64,000 nucleotides of DNA from an uncultured Eubacteriales bacterium (lineage in GTDB: Bacteria; Bacillota; Clostridia; Oscillospirales; Oscillospiraceae). The stretch covers positions 4,808-68,807 of the forward strand of contig URXY01000003.1 of the NCBI GenBank assembly GCA_900552015.1. The letters are read 5' to 3'. Position 1 is the stretch's first letter. Each line of letters begins with the position of its first letter. The notes under the pieces are model-generated. The model was not told the DNA's origin and did not search any database. It worked only from the letters and a program-made list of their open reading frames with translations. The position numbers and the translations under genes were made by a program. Shown in pieces: positions 19,447-29,218 of the stretch.

Positions 19447-20778
19447 TTAGTAGCTGCCGAGGTCGGCGGACTTGTCGCCCTCGACGCTGACGCCGAAGAC
19501 ATAGTCGTTGCCGGGCAGGATGGCGTTGAGGATGACGCCGCAGAGGGCTGCGATGGCGAGGCCGGAGAGCGTGACCGCCGCGTCGCCGACGGTGAAGGTG
19601 ATGCCGCCGACGGAGCTGAAGCCGAGGCCGCTGACGAACATGACCGCCGCGATGATGAGGTTGCGGGACTTGGTGAGGTCGACCTGGTTTTCCACGATGT
19701 TGCGCACGCCGACCGCGGAGATCATACCGTAGAGGATGAAGCTGACGCCGCCGACGATGGCCGCGGGGATGGAGTTGACGAGCGCGTCAAACTTGGGGGA
19801 GAAGCTCAGGATGATGGCGTAGATGGCCGCGAGGCGCACGACGCGGGGGTCGTAGACCTTGGAGAGGGCGAGCACGCCGGTGTTCTCACCGTAGGTGGTG
19901 TTGGCGGGGCCGCCGAACATACCGGCAAAGGCGGTGGCAAGACCGTCGCCGAGCAGCGTGCGGTGCAGGCCGGGATCTTCGATGAAGTTGCGGCCGGTGG
20001 TGGAGGAGATGGCGGAGATATCGCCGATGTGCTCCATCATGGCGGCGATGGCGATGGGGGCCATGACGAGGATGGCGGAAACGTCGAACTTTGCGATGAT
20101 GAACTTCTGGAGACCGACGAGGTGCGCGCTGTTTACGGCAGAGAAGTCGACCTTACCGGCAACAAGAGCAACGATGTAGCTGCCGACCACGCCGAGAAGG
20201 ATAGGAATGATCTTGATCATGCCCTTGCCCCAGATGTTGGCGACCACGATGATGGCCATAGCGACGAGGGCGAGCCACCAGCAGGTGGAGGCGTTATTGA
20301 TGGCGGAGCCGGAGAGGTTGAGGCCGATCATGATGATCATCGGGCCGGTGACGATGGGCGGGAAGTAACGCATGACCTTCTTCGCGCCGAGGAGCTTGAA
20401 GAGCAGCGCCAGCACGAGGTAGAGAAGACCCGCGATCACGATGCCGCCGAGCGCGTAGGCGAGCTTGAGCTCAGGGTCGATGCCCTCATAAGCGGGGAGC
20501 GATGCGACCGTGGAGAAGCCGCCGAGGTAGGCGAAGGAGGAGCCGAGGAACGCGGGGACCTTAAACTTGGTGCAGACGTGGAAGAGGAGCGTGCCGAGAC
20601 CGGCAAAGAGCAGCGTCGTCTGGATGGAGAGGGGCAGGCCGTAGCCCTGCACGAGGATGGGGACGAGCACCGTTGCGCCGAACATGGCGAACATATGCTG
20701 CAATCCGAGGACCAACATTCTGGGGGTGCCCAGCTGACGGGCATCGTAGATGGCTTCGTGTCCGAGTTCTTTCTTCAT
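19447..20778 (-). CDS. uracil permease (NCS2 / nucleobase:cation symporter-2 family, UraA/PyrP-like)
   Basis: Strong similarity to UraA (LQHMFAMFGATVLVPILV ... NTTYGENTGVLA). Start ATG 20778 (MKKELGHEAIYDARQLG); upstream track codons are alternate-start extensions. Confidence 0.85.
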   Translation of the reverse strand: MKKELGHEAIYDARQLGTPRMLVLGLQHMFAMFGATVLVPILVQGYGLPLSIQTTLLFAGLGTLLFHVCTKFKVPAFLGSSFAYLGGFSTVASLPAYEGIDPELKLAYALGGIVIAGLLYLVLALLFKLLGAKKVMRYFPPIVTGPMIIMIGLNLSGSAINNASTCWWLALVAMAIIVVANIWGKGMIKIIPILLGVVGSYIVALVAGKVDFSAVNSAHLVGLQKFIIAKFDVSAILVMAPIAIAAMMEHIGDISAISSTTGRNFIEDPGLHRTLLGDGLATAFAGMFGGPANTTYGENTGVLALSKVYDPRVVRLAAIYAIILSFSPKFDALVNSIPAAIVGGVSFILYGMISAVGVRNIVENQVDLTKSRNLIIAAVMFVSGLGFSSVGGITFTVGDAAVTLSGLAIAALCGVILNAILPGNDYVFGVSVEGDKSADLGSY

Positions 20779-20848
20779 GTGATTTTTCCCTTTCTGCTTT
20801 TTTATTCTTATTTTCATTTGAATAAACATGATCCTGCCCCGCGCGGGC

Positions 20849-20880
20849 AAAAAATAAGACCGGTAAAAAATTACCGGTCA
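20849..20880 (-). terminator. leader (attenuator) terminator upstream of the uracil permease: 9-bp stem GACCGGUAA / UUACCGGUC followed by UUAUUUUUU
   Basis: Read directly on the minus strand. Lies about 70 nt upstream of the permease start codon. Confidence 0.55.
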
Positions 20881-20966
20881 ACAGAAACAATATCAATATC
20901 AATAAAAACAGAAACAAAACGACCAATAGAGGAGTTTTTCTTTTTCGGCGCAGTGCAGAGCATCAT
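20871..20966 (-). CDS. putative 31-aa leader peptide (MMLCTAPKKKNSSIGRFVSVFIDIDIVSVDR) of the uracil permease attenuator
   Basis: AGGAGG RBS 8 nt upstream of tandem ATG ATG. The UAA stop lies inside the 5' arm of the leader terminator hairpin. A U-rich pause region precedes the terminator. Confidence 0.45.
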   Translation of the reverse strand: MMLCTAPKKKNSSIGRFVSVFIDIDIVSVDR

Positions 20967-21123
20967 GTGGCGTTCCTCCTGTTCGTTTATTGTCGTCTGA
21001 CCAAGAATACCTGAAAGTAAGGAAAATTGCAAGGTGGGATATTGCACAAGAAAAATGAAGGATATCTTTCTTTTTTGTCGCAATTTGCAGGCGGAAAGAC
21101 GAAACTTTTCCTGCAAAAACCTC

Positions 21124-21152
21124 TTGCCAAATGAAATTAAATGCAGTACAAT
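21124..21152 (+). promoter_or_regulatory. sigma70-like promoter TTGCCA-17-TACAAT for the DAACS symporter
   Basis: Hexamers with 17-nt spacing, about 65 nt upstream of ATG 21218. Confidence 0.45.
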
Positions 21153-21217
21153 AAATGTGACCCCTATTGATAATGTCTATAAATGGGGGATCTTCATTTA
21201 GAAAGTGTGTGTGGAGC

Positions 21218-22453
21218 ATGGAAAAGAAAAAACTCAGCCTGCCGGTGCAGATCGTTATTGCGCTTATCCTCGGTATTGCGGCCGGTCTTATCTTCTACTT
21301 TGTCGGTAAGCCCGAATTTACCACCAACTACTTAAAGCCCTTCGGCACGATCTTCGTCAATCTTCTCAAGTTCATCGTTGTGCCCGTCGTGCTGCTGTCG
21401 ATGATCGACGGCATCATCTCCATGGGCGATATGAAGAAGGTCGGCTCCGTCGGCTGGAAGACGGTCGCCTACTTCCTTGTCACCACGGCCGCGGCCTGCG
21501 TCATCGGCCTGGTATTCGCCAACCTCTTCAACAATGCAGGCTGGTTCCCCACGCTCGCGCTGGAGGACGGCGCGGTCTGGGATAAGGCCACCAGCGCCAA
21601 CTTCATGGATACCCTGGTCGCCATCTTCCCGAGCAACATGTGGAAGTCCTTCACCGACGCAAACATGCTGCAGGTCATCGTGATCGCCCTGATGTTCGGC
21701 GGCGGCATCCTTGCCGCGGGCGAAAAGGGCAAGCTTGCCAAGGACCTGGTCTCCACGCTCTATGCGGTCATCGAGCGCGTGATGGCGTTCATCATTGCCC
21801 TCAGCCCCATCGGTGTGTTTACGATGATGGCGTGGGTCGTCGCCACGCAGGGCCCCGAGATCCTGACGTCTCTCGGTATCGTGCTTGGCTGCGCTTACCT
21901 CGGATACATTGTCCACGCGATCCTCTGCTATTCCTTCTCCGCTAAGGCGTTTGCTGGCATCAGCCCCATCACCTTCTTCAAGAAGGCTTCCCCCGCGATG
22001 ATTTTCGCATTTACCTCCACCTCTTCTGCCGCTACGATCCCCCTGAGCAAGGAGTGCGCGGATGAGCTGGGCGCGGAGAACGACGTGTCCTCCTTCGTCA
22101 TCCCCCTCGGCGCGACGATCAACATGGACGGCACCGCCATCTATCAGTGCGTCGCCACCATCTTTCTTGCCACCTGCTGCGGCATGACGCTGACTCTTGG
22201 CCAGATGGTCACGATCGTCGTCACCGCAACGCTTGCCTCCATCGGCACGGCCGGTACGCCGGGCGCGGGCATGATCATGCTCGCTATGGTGCTCGAGGCG
22301 ATGAACATCCCCGTCGATATGATCATGATCATCTACGGCATCGACCGTCTTTTCGACATGGGCCGTACCTGCCTGAACATCACGGGCGATATCTCCTGCG
22401 CCTGCTGCGTGACCAAGTGGGAGAGTAAGAAGGCCGCGCAGACTGCCAAGTAA
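21218..22453 (+). CDS. dicarboxylate/amino acid:cation symporter (DAACS family, GltP/GltT-like)
   Basis: About 8 TM and re-entrant loops. Conserved SSSAATIP, PLGATINMDGTA and NITGD motifs of the SDF/DAACS family. Confidence 0.85.
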   Translation: MEKKKLSLPVQIVIALILGIAAGLIFYFVGKPEFTTNYLKPFGTIFVNLLKFIVVPVVLLSMIDGIISMGDMKKVGSVGWKTVAYFLVTTAAACVIGLVFANLFNNAGWFPTLALEDGAVWDKATSANFMDTLVAIFPSNMWKSFTDANMLQVIVIALMFGGGILAAGEKGKLAKDLVSTLYAVIERVMAFIIALSPIGVFTMMAWVVATQGPEILTSLGIVLGCAYLGYIVHAILCYSFSAKAFAGISPITFFKKASPAMIFAFTSTSSAATIPLSKECADELGAENDVSSFVIPLGATINMDGTAIYQCVATIFLATCCGMTLTLGQMVTIVVTATLASIGTAGTPGAGMIMLAMVLEAMNIPVDMIMIIYGIDRLFDMGRTCLNITGDISCACCVTKWESKKAAQTAK

Positions 22454-22471
22454 TTTTCCCGCTGCATCGTC

Positions 22472-22506
22472 AAAATGCCGCTCTGCTTTGCAGAGCGGCA
22501 TTTTTT
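22472..22506 (+). terminator. rho-independent terminator
   Basis: Stem TGCCGCTCTGC / GCAGAGCGGCA followed by TTTTTTG. Confidence 0.75.
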
Positions 22507-22594
22507 GCCCGCGCGGCATGCTATTTCTTGCTTTTTCGCAGGCAGCGGCATACAATGTTACCGTTCCGCGTCGGGTGGAACAAGGAGGAAGAAG

Positions 22595-23557
22595 ATGACG
22601 ACTGATCGGAAACGGGGATATCTCTATATCCTGCTTGCCGCGATGCTCTATTCCACGACGGAGGTCGCGCTCAAGGCGCTCGGCGGCGCGTTTGCACCCA
22701 TGCAGGTGACAGTCGAGCGTGTGCTGCTCGGCGCGCTGGCGCTGCTGCCGTTTGCCCTCAGGGAACTCAAAACGCGCGGCATCCGCCTCACAGGGGCGGA
22801 CTGGGGCTATTTTGCGCTTCTCGGCTTTCTCACGGTGACGCTGCACATGTCGCTTTTGCAGATGGCAGTGCTGCACATGGACGCCTCGGCCACGTCGATC
22901 ATTTACTCGGGGAATCCCGTTTTTGCGCTGGCGGCGGCGCATCTCATCCTGCACGAGCCGCTCAAAAAGAACCACCTGCTCGCCATCGGCATAGAGCTTA
23001 TTGGTATCCTTCTGATCCTCAACCCCGCAAAGCTTGAGATCAGCCTCCGCGGCTTTTTCGAGATCCTCGGCGCGACGATCCTCTTTGCCATGTACGGCAC
23101 GCTCTGCAAACTGCGTGTCGCAAGGCTTGGCAGCCTGGTGATCGCGGATCTCAATATCCTTGTGGGCGGGCTGGAGCTTTTGTTTCTGCTGCTGCTCGGA
23201 AAGATCCCGGCGATCGGTACGCTTTACCGCGGCCTCGGGCTGGACATTTTTGCCGACGTCCCGTTTTTTTCGGGCTTTACGCTCAAGTCGGCGCTGCTTT
23301 TGTGCCATGTCGGCATCGGCTGCGCGGCCATCGGCTTTCTGCTCATGGCGAAGATCACGGAGTATACCTCCGCGACCGAGGCCTCGTTCGTTTACCTTGT
23401 CAAGCCCGTTCTCGCAACGGTTTTGGCGGTGGCCGTGTACGGCGAGCACATCAGCACGAACCGCATGATCGGCATCACGTTCTTTGTGGCGGCGTCGCTG
23501 TGCGTCAGTGTGCCGGTCCTGCGCGAAATGCGGAGGGAGCGTGCGGTGAAAACTTGA
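22595..23557 (+). CDS. EamA/DMT superfamily transporter
   Basis: 10-TM organisation with duplicated EamA halves. Start ATG 22595 with RBS AAGGAGG. Confidence 0.75.
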   Translation: MTTDRKRGYLYILLAAMLYSTTEVALKALGGAFAPMQVTVERVLLGALALLPFALRELKTRGIRLTGADWGYFALLGFLTVTLHMSLLQMAVLHMDASATSIIYSGNPVFALAAAHLILHEPLKKNHLLAIGIELIGILLILNPAKLEISLRGFFEILGATILFAMYGTLCKLRVARLGSLVIADLNILVGGLELLFLLLLGKIPAIGTLYRGLGLDIFADVPFFSGFTLKSALLLCHVGIGCAAIGFLLMAKITEYTSATEASFVYLVKPVLATVLAVAVYGEHISTNRMIGITFFVAASLCVSVPVLREMRRERAVKT

Positions 23558-23569
23558 AAATGAGAATGG

Positions 23570-23602
23570 AAAAGCGGAAGGGCAGCGCCCTTCCGCTTTT
23601 TG
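23570..23602. terminator. bidirectional terminator between the DMT transporter and the MATE gene
   Basis: Stem AGCGGAAGGGC / GCCCTTCCGCT followed by TTTTTG, with an A-run upstream. Confidence 0.7.
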
Positions 23603-24985
23603 CTATTCGTCGATGCGGGTGATGTCGTGGATCCACTTGCCGCTGCGCAGGCGGTAGAGGCCGATGGGGGACTTGATGATGTATTCGATCATCAGACAGA
23701 AGCAGAAGACCTCGTTCGGCACCTTGAGCACAAGGCCTAAAAGGCACATGATGGGCAGCGTGCCGCACCAGAGGGGAACATTGTCGATCACGAGCGAAGC
23801 GTTCACATCGCCGCCGCCGCGCAGCACGCCGACGACCATCGTGGTCGAAAAGCTGTGGAGCGGGATGGCGCAGGCATAGCACATGAGCATCACACTGCAA
23901 AGCCGCTCGGCGACCGCCGAGAGCGAGAAGAGCGGCATGACGAACGGGCGCATCAGCGTCACGAACATCGTGTATTCGGCGACGCCGAGCACAATGCCGA
24001 ACGCGAACGCCGTGAAGCACAGCGCGCGGCCGATGTTGTAAACGCCCTTTAAGTTGCCCGTGCCGATCTCCTTGCCGACGATGACGGATACCGCCGCCGC
24101 GATGCCGAACACGCCGGAGGTCATCAGTTTGTCGATATTGCCCGCAAGCGTGTAGGCGGCGATGAGATCGCTGCTATTTGCCATGTGGCCCATGATGACC
24201 GTGATCATCGAAAAGCCCGTGCCCCAGAGCGTCTCGTTGATGAGCACCGGCGCGCTGTAGCGCAGGAATTTACGCAGCATGTCCATGCCGGGGCGGAGGA
24301 TGGCGTGCTTCATGAGCGGCATCGTGCGGCAGCGGAACGCGTAGGAGAACGCGACGACGAACTCCACCACGCGGGACAGAAGCGTCGCTACCGCCGCACC
24401 CGTGATGCCGAGCGCGGGCAGACCGAGCTTGCCGAAGATCAGCACATAGTTGCCGAGCGTGTTGCAGAGCATCGAGATCGCGAAGACGATCATGCCGAAG
24501 CGCGGATTTTCGATGCTGCGCTGCATGCCGATGTAGATGGAGGAAAGCGAGTTGAAAATGTAGGAGAAGCCGACGATGCGCAGGTACGGCTCGGCCAGCT
24601 CCACGAGTGTCAGATTGTCGGTGATGAGGTAGAGCACCTGCGCGGGAAACGCGCACAGAATGGCGGCAAACAGCACGCTCACGCCGCCCGCGATCATAAA
24701 GCCGATGCCCATGACGCGGTTGATGCTCTCGCGGTCGCCGCGGCCCCAGTATTGGCTGATGAGCACGCTTGAGCCGCTTTGCAGGCCGAAGACGACGAGC
24801 TGGATGATGAAGACTGGCACGTTCGCCACCGTGACGGCGGACATCTGATCGCTGCCGAGAAGTCCCACCATGAACGTATCGAGAAAGCCGAGCGACGTGG
24901 TGATCAGATTCTGCACGATGACCGGCAGCGCCAGCAGAAAAAGATGCTTGTAAAAGCCCTTGGGCTGGTGAAGATAGGAGAACAT
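23603..24985 (-). CDS. MATE family efflux transporter
   Basis: 12-TM protein of typical MATE length with duplicated halves. N-terminus LFLLALPVIVQNLITTSLGFLDTFMVGLLG. Confidence 0.8.
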   Translation of the reverse strand: MFSYLHQPKGFYKHLFLLALPVIVQNLITTSLGFLDTFMVGLLGSDQMSAVTVANVPVFIIQLVVFGLQSGSSVLISQYWGRGDRESINRVMGIGFMIAGGVSVLFAAILCAFPAQVLYLITDNLTLVELAEPYLRIVGFSYIFNSLSSIYIGMQRSIENPRFGMIVFAISMLCNTLGNYVLIFGKLGLPALGITGAAVATLLSRVVEFVVAFSYAFRCRTMPLMKHAILRPGMDMLRKFLRYSAPVLINETLWGTGFSMITVIMGHMANSSDLIAAYTLAGNIDKLMTSGVFGIAAAVSVIVGKEIGTGNLKGVYNIGRALCFTAFAFGIVLGVAEYTMFVTLMRPFVMPLFSLSAVAERLCSVMLMCYACAIPLHSFSTTMVVGVLRGGGDVNASLVIDNVPLWCGTLPIMCLLGLVLKVPNEVFCFCLMIEYIIKSPIGLYRLRSGKWIHDITRIDE

Positions 24986-25005
24986 AAAAACCTCGAATGT
25001 TGGAA

Positions 25006-26139
25006 TTACAGCATGGGGAAGCGCGTGTCGCGGTGGGTTTTGAGCGCGGAGACGAGTGCGTCGATCTCTTCTTTCGTCGTCTCGGGGCCGAAGCTGACAC
25101 GCAGCACGCCCGCGGCGGTCTTTTTGTCAAGGCCCATCGCGCGGTAGACGTGGCTCAGCTGCCCGCGATGGCAGGCGGAGCCTGCCGAGATGCAGATGCC
25201 CTGTGCGCCAAGTTCCGTAACGACATTCGCCGACGGGTAGCCGACGAGCGAGATCGACAGGATGTGCGGCGCGGTCCCGTCGCCGATGCGGACGACGCCG
25301 TCGAGTGCGAGGAGCTTTTCCTCGGCATAGGCCTTGATGGCGGCGATGTGGGCGAGCTTTTCATCGAGATGGTCGGCGCGCAGCTCGACCGCCTTGGCAA
25401 AGCCTGCGATCTGGCCCGTGGCCTCTGTGCCGGAGCGCAGGCCGCTCTCCTGCCCGCCGCCAAAGATCAGCGGCTTGGGCGCGCGGATGCGCTCACCCAA
25501 ATACAGTCCGCCGATGCCCTTGGGCGCGCCGAGCTTGTGCGCGCTGACGGAGATGAGGTCCGCGCCCAAGGTGTCGGCGCGGAAGGGGACTTTCAAAAAG
25601 GCCTGCACCGCGTCGGTGTGCAGCAGCGCACGGGACTTTTTCGCCTTTAGGAGCTGCGCGACCTCGGCAACGGGGAAGATGCAGCCTGTTTCGTTGTTTA
25701 CAAGCATCATCGTGACGAGCGCGGTGTCATCGCGCAGTGCACTTTCGACCTGAGAGGCGGTGATGTCGCCGTTCTTGTCGGGCTTTAAGTACGTGACGGA
25801 ATAGCCCTCCTGCTCGAGCGCTTTGCAGGTCTCGAGGATCGCGCTGTGCTCCACAGCGGTCGTGATGATGTGCTTGCCGATATGGCGGTTCTGGTGCGCG
25901 GCGAGGCGGATGGCCCAGTTGTCGCTCTCCGAGCCGCAGGAGGTGAAGACGAACTGTTCACTCTTGCAGCCGAGCGCGGCGGCAATCGTCTCGCGCGCCG
26001 CGGCGACAGCGTCGCGCGCCTGCTTTCCGATGGGGTATTGCGAGCTGGGGTTGCCCCAGCCAGAAACCAGCGTATCGTAAACGGCGTGCGCCACCTCTTC
26101 GGGAACGGGGGTGGTGGCCGCGTGATCGAGATAGATCAT
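25006..26139 (-). CDS. cysteine desulfurase NifS/IscS family
   Basis: PLP-lysine motif (SVSAHKLGAPKGIGGLY) and C-terminal active-site Cys (ISAGSACH). N-terminus MIYLDHAATT. Confidence 0.9.
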   Translation of the reverse strand: MIYLDHAATTPVPEEVAHAVYDTLVSGWGNPSSQYPIGKQARDAVAAARETIAAALGCKSEQFVFTSCGSESDNWAIRLAAHQNRHIGKHIITTAVEHSAILETCKALEQEGYSVTYLKPDKNGDITASQVESALRDDTALVTMMLVNNETGCIFPVAEVAQLLKAKKSRALLHTDAVQAFLKVPFRADTLGADLISVSAHKLGAPKGIGGLYLGERIRAPKPLIFGGGQESGLRSGTEATGQIAGFAKAVELRADHLDEKLAHIAAIKAYAEEKLLALDGVVRIGDGTAPHILSISLVGYPSANVVTELGAQGICISAGSACHRGQLSHVYRAMGLDKKTAAGVLRVSFGPETTKEEIDALVSALKTHRDTRFPML

Positions 26140-26292
26140 ATCGGGAAAATCCTTTCTTTGGACTTGTCAGATAGCTCAAATGATTATACAATATAAAAAT
26201 AAAAAAGCAAGGGCGGCGGACGCTTTGCGTCGGAAACGGCAGAAAAAAGCGGGACTTTACCGTCCAAATCGCGGAAAAGGATACAAACATAC

Positions 26293-27579
26293 ATGAAAGT
26301 TGCGATCTGTACCCTCGGGTGCAAGGTGAACCAATATGAAACGCAGGCGCTCGAGCAGGAGCTTTTACACCGCGGACACGAGTTGGTGGACTTTGAGGAG
26401 ACGGCGGACGCCTACGTCGTCAACACCTGCTCTGTCACGGCGGTGAGCGACAAAAAGTCGCGCCAGATGCTCCGCCAGGCGCAGCGCCGTAACCCGAGCG
26501 CGGTCATCGCCGCCTGCGGCTGCTACGCCCAGACGCATCCCGAGGACGTCAAAAAGCTCGGGCTCGACGTCATCGCCGGCACGAATGACCGCGCGAAGTT
26601 CATCGACCTTTTGGAGCGCGCGGCACAGGACAAAACGCCTATTGTCGATGTCGACGATGTCTGGGAGCGGCGCGATTTTGAGGTGCTGCCCGCGGGCGGT
26701 ATGGTGAATCGCACACGCGCGATGCTCAAGGTCGAGGACGGGTGCGTGAACTTCTGCACCTACTGCCTCATTCCTTACGCGCGCGGGCGCGTGCGCTCGC
26801 TGCCGATGGACGAAGCTGCAAAGCAGGTGAAAGCGCTGCGTGAGGAGGGCTACCGTGAGATCGTGGTCACGGGCATCGAAATTTCGTCCTACGGCTCGGA
26901 CTTCAAGGACGGGACCTCACTCATCGACCTTTTGGAGCTCATCGCGCGCGAGGGCGGCGACATGCGCATCCGCCTCGGCTCGCTCGAACCGCGGACCATC
27001 ACGGAGGAATTCTGCAAGCGGGCGTCGAAGCTTCCTTACCTTTGCCCACATTTCCACCTCTCGATGCAGTCGGGCTGCGACGCGACCTTAAAGCGTATGA
27101 ACCGCAAATATGATACGGCGCGCTATATGGAATCCTGCGACCTGCTGCGTCAGTATTTTGACGACCCTGCCATCACGACCGACCTCATCACGGGCTTTCC
27201 CGAGGAGACGGAGGAGGAATTCGCGCAGACGCTCGACTTCATCGCGCGTGTCGGCTTTGCCGACATGCACGTCTTCCCTTATTCCATCCGCCCGGGCACG
27301 AAGGCTGCGGAGATGCGCCAGATCGACATGCCCGTGCGCGAAGAGCGCGCTGCGCGCGCCTCGGCTGTCGCCAAGACGATGCACGAAGCGTATCTTGCGT
27401 GCTGCGTGGGCAAGATATTCCCCGTGCTCTTCGAGCGCGACCGCAAGGGCGGCAGCGCGGGCCACGCGCCGAACTATATGGAGGTATCCGTCGCGCAGGA
27501 GGGACTGCACAATCAGGTGAAGAACGTGAAGATCACGGCGGTCGACGGCGGCAGTCTTCGCGGCAATCTGGAGGAATAA
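26293..27579 (+). CDS. mtaB: tRNA t6A37 methylthiotransferase MtaB (radical SAM MTTase)
   Basis: N-terminal TLGCKVNQYE motif, radical-SAM CTYC motif, TRAM-like C-terminus. Distinct from the RimO-type N-terminus at 6312. Confidence 0.8.
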   Translation: MKVAICTLGCKVNQYETQALEQELLHRGHELVDFEETADAYVVNTCSVTAVSDKKSRQMLRQAQRRNPSAVIAACGCYAQTHPEDVKKLGLDVIAGTNDRAKFIDLLERAAQDKTPIVDVDDVWERRDFEVLPAGGMVNRTRAMLKVEDGCVNFCTYCLIPYARGRVRSLPMDEAAKQVKALREEGYREIVVTGIEISSYGSDFKDGTSLIDLLELIAREGGDMRIRLGSLEPRTITEEFCKRASKLPYLCPHFHLSMQSGCDATLKRMNRKYDTARYMESCDLLRQYFDDPAITTDLITGFPEETEEEFAQTLDFIARVGFADMHVFPYSIRPGTKAAEMRQIDMPVREERAARASAVAKTMHEAYLACCVGKIFPVLFERDRKGGSAGHAPNYMEVSVAQEGLHNQVKNVKITAVDGGSLRGNLEE

Positions 27580-27582
27580 CGC

Positions 27583-28158
27583 ATGGCCAACCATTTTTAC
27601 GCCTATATCTCCCGTATGCGCTGCGTCAAGCGCTGGGCGCTCATGCGCAACACCGAGGAGGAGAACATTCAGGAGCACAGCCACATGGTCGCGGTGCTGG
27701 CGCACGCGCTCGCGCTCATCCGCACGCGTGTCTTCGGCCTGCCCGCGGACGCGAACGCCGTGGCGGTCGCTGCGCTCTACCACGACGCGACGGAGATATT
27801 GACCGGCGATATGCCGACGCCCATCAAGTACTATAACCCCGAGATCCGCGACGCCTACCGCAAGGTCGAGGCCGTGGCAAGCGACAAGCTGCTCTCCATG
27901 CTGCCGGACGAACTGCGCGCGGACTATGAGCCCATCATCAAGATCGAGGACGAGACGACGAAAAAGCTCGTCAAAGCGGCGGACAAGCTCTCGGCCTACA
28001 TCAAGTGCGTCGAAGAGCTCAAGGCGGGCAACATGGAATTCAAAAAGGCTGCAGAGCAGACGCGCCGCGCGCTGAGCGAGATGCACATGCCCGAACTCGA
28101 CTATTTTATGGTCAACTGCATGGAGAGCTTCTCCATGACGCTCGACGAGCTCGAATAA
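27583..28158 (+). CDS. HD-domain 5'-deoxynucleotidase (YfbR-like)
   Basis: HD motif (ENIQEHSH ... YHDATEILTGD). Length about 190 aa, typical of YfbR. Confidence 0.8.
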   Translation: MANHFYAYISRMRCVKRWALMRNTEEENIQEHSHMVAVLAHALALIRTRVFGLPADANAVAVAALYHDATEILTGDMPTPIKYYNPEIRDAYRKVEAVASDKLLSMLPDELRADYEPIIKIEDETTKKLVKAADKLSAYIKCVEELKAGNMEFKKAAEQTRRALSEMHMPELDYFMVNCMESFSMTLDELE

Positions 28159-28246
28159 GAAAAACAACGGATTTTCGGAACCTTTTGCACAAAATGAGCG
28201 TCTAAAGCTTCAGAGACCCCAAAAAACAAAAATGAGGTGGATGAAG

Positions 28247-29215
28247 ATGAAGAAGATAGTTTCCTTTTTGCTCGCGCTCATGCTGGCGCTGTCTCTTGCC
28301 GCATGCAGCGCGAAGTCTGCCAGCAGCGACAGCGCGTCGATGGCGTCGGACAGCTACGACTTCAACGGCGCGGAGCTGCCGGATGCCAAGTATGACGATA
28401 CCGCGTCGGACGACGGTGCGTGGAACGGGCAGGAAGTATCAAGCGCTGGTGCGGACCTTGCCGAGCGCGGCGTCAAGATGGTCTACACCGCGAGCATCGA
28501 GATGCAGACGCTGGAATTTGATCAGGCCGCGCAGGACATTGCCGCGCTCGTAGAGAGCATGGGCGGCTACTTTGAGCAGAAGAATTTCTCGAATTACTCC
28601 AGCAGCTACCGCCACGCAAGCTACACCGTGCGCGTGCCCGCCGAGCAGTTCACGGACTTCTGTGCGCAGGTCGGCACGCTCTGCCATGTGACGTGGCAGA
28701 GCGACACGGCGGAGAACATCAGCGAGCAGTATTACGATACGCAGTCGCGCCTCGAAACGGCGCAGATCAAGCTCGAGCGGCTGCAGGAGCTTTTGAAAAA
28801 GGCCGAGAGCATGGAGGATATCATCACCATCGAGTCCGCCATCTCGGAGACGGAGTACGAGATCGAGGACCTTTCCGGCACGATGCGGCATTACGACGCG
28901 CTGGTGGACTATGCGACCGTTGACCTTGAATTGAGCGAGGTCTATCGCCTCTCCGGTACGGAGGATGCGCCGAAGAGCTTCGGCGAAAAGCTTGCCAATG
29001 CCTTTACCGATGGCCTTGCCGCCACGGGACAGGCGTTGGAAGACTTTGCGGTGTGGCTGGCCTATAGCTGGTTGGATGTCCTGATCTTCGCGGCGGTCGT
29101 GTTCGTGGCCGTGAAGCTCATCGGCCGCCTGCGCCGCGGGAAAAAGCTGCCGAAGCCCGTCAGAAAAAAGAAAAACGCAGAGACTCCCGCGGATGAAACG
29201 AAAACGGAGGAATAA
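28247..29215 (+). CDS. DUF4349 family lipoprotein (N-terminal lipobox, coiled-coil region, C-terminal TM)
   Basis: Signal peptide with lipobox LSLAAC. Coiled-coil QSRLETAQIKLERLQELLKKAE. C-terminal hydrophobic anchor plus a basic tail. Confidence 0.65.
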   Translation: MKKIVSFLLALMLALSLAACSAKSASSDSASMASDSYDFNGAELPDAKYDDTASDDGAWNGQEVSSAGADLAERGVKMVYTASIEMQTLEFDQAAQDIAALVESMGGYFEQKNFSNYSSSYRHASYTVRVPAEQFTDFCAQVGTLCHVTWQSDTAENISEQYYDTQSRLETAQIKLERLQELLKKAESMEDIITIESAISETEYEIEDLSGTMRHYDALVDYATVDLELSEVYRLSGTEDAPKSFGEKLANAFTDGLAATGQALEDFAVWLAYSWLDVLIFAAVVFVAVKLIGRLRRGKKLPKPVRKKKNAETPADETKTEE

Positions 29216-29218
29216 ACC

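Noticed and set aside
20836-20848. Second small GC hairpin (GCCCC-GCGC-GGGC) between the leader terminator and the uracil permease RBS, as a possible additional terminator
   Set aside because: Only 4-5 bp with no following U-tract on the transcribed strand. More likely just part of the 5' UTR.
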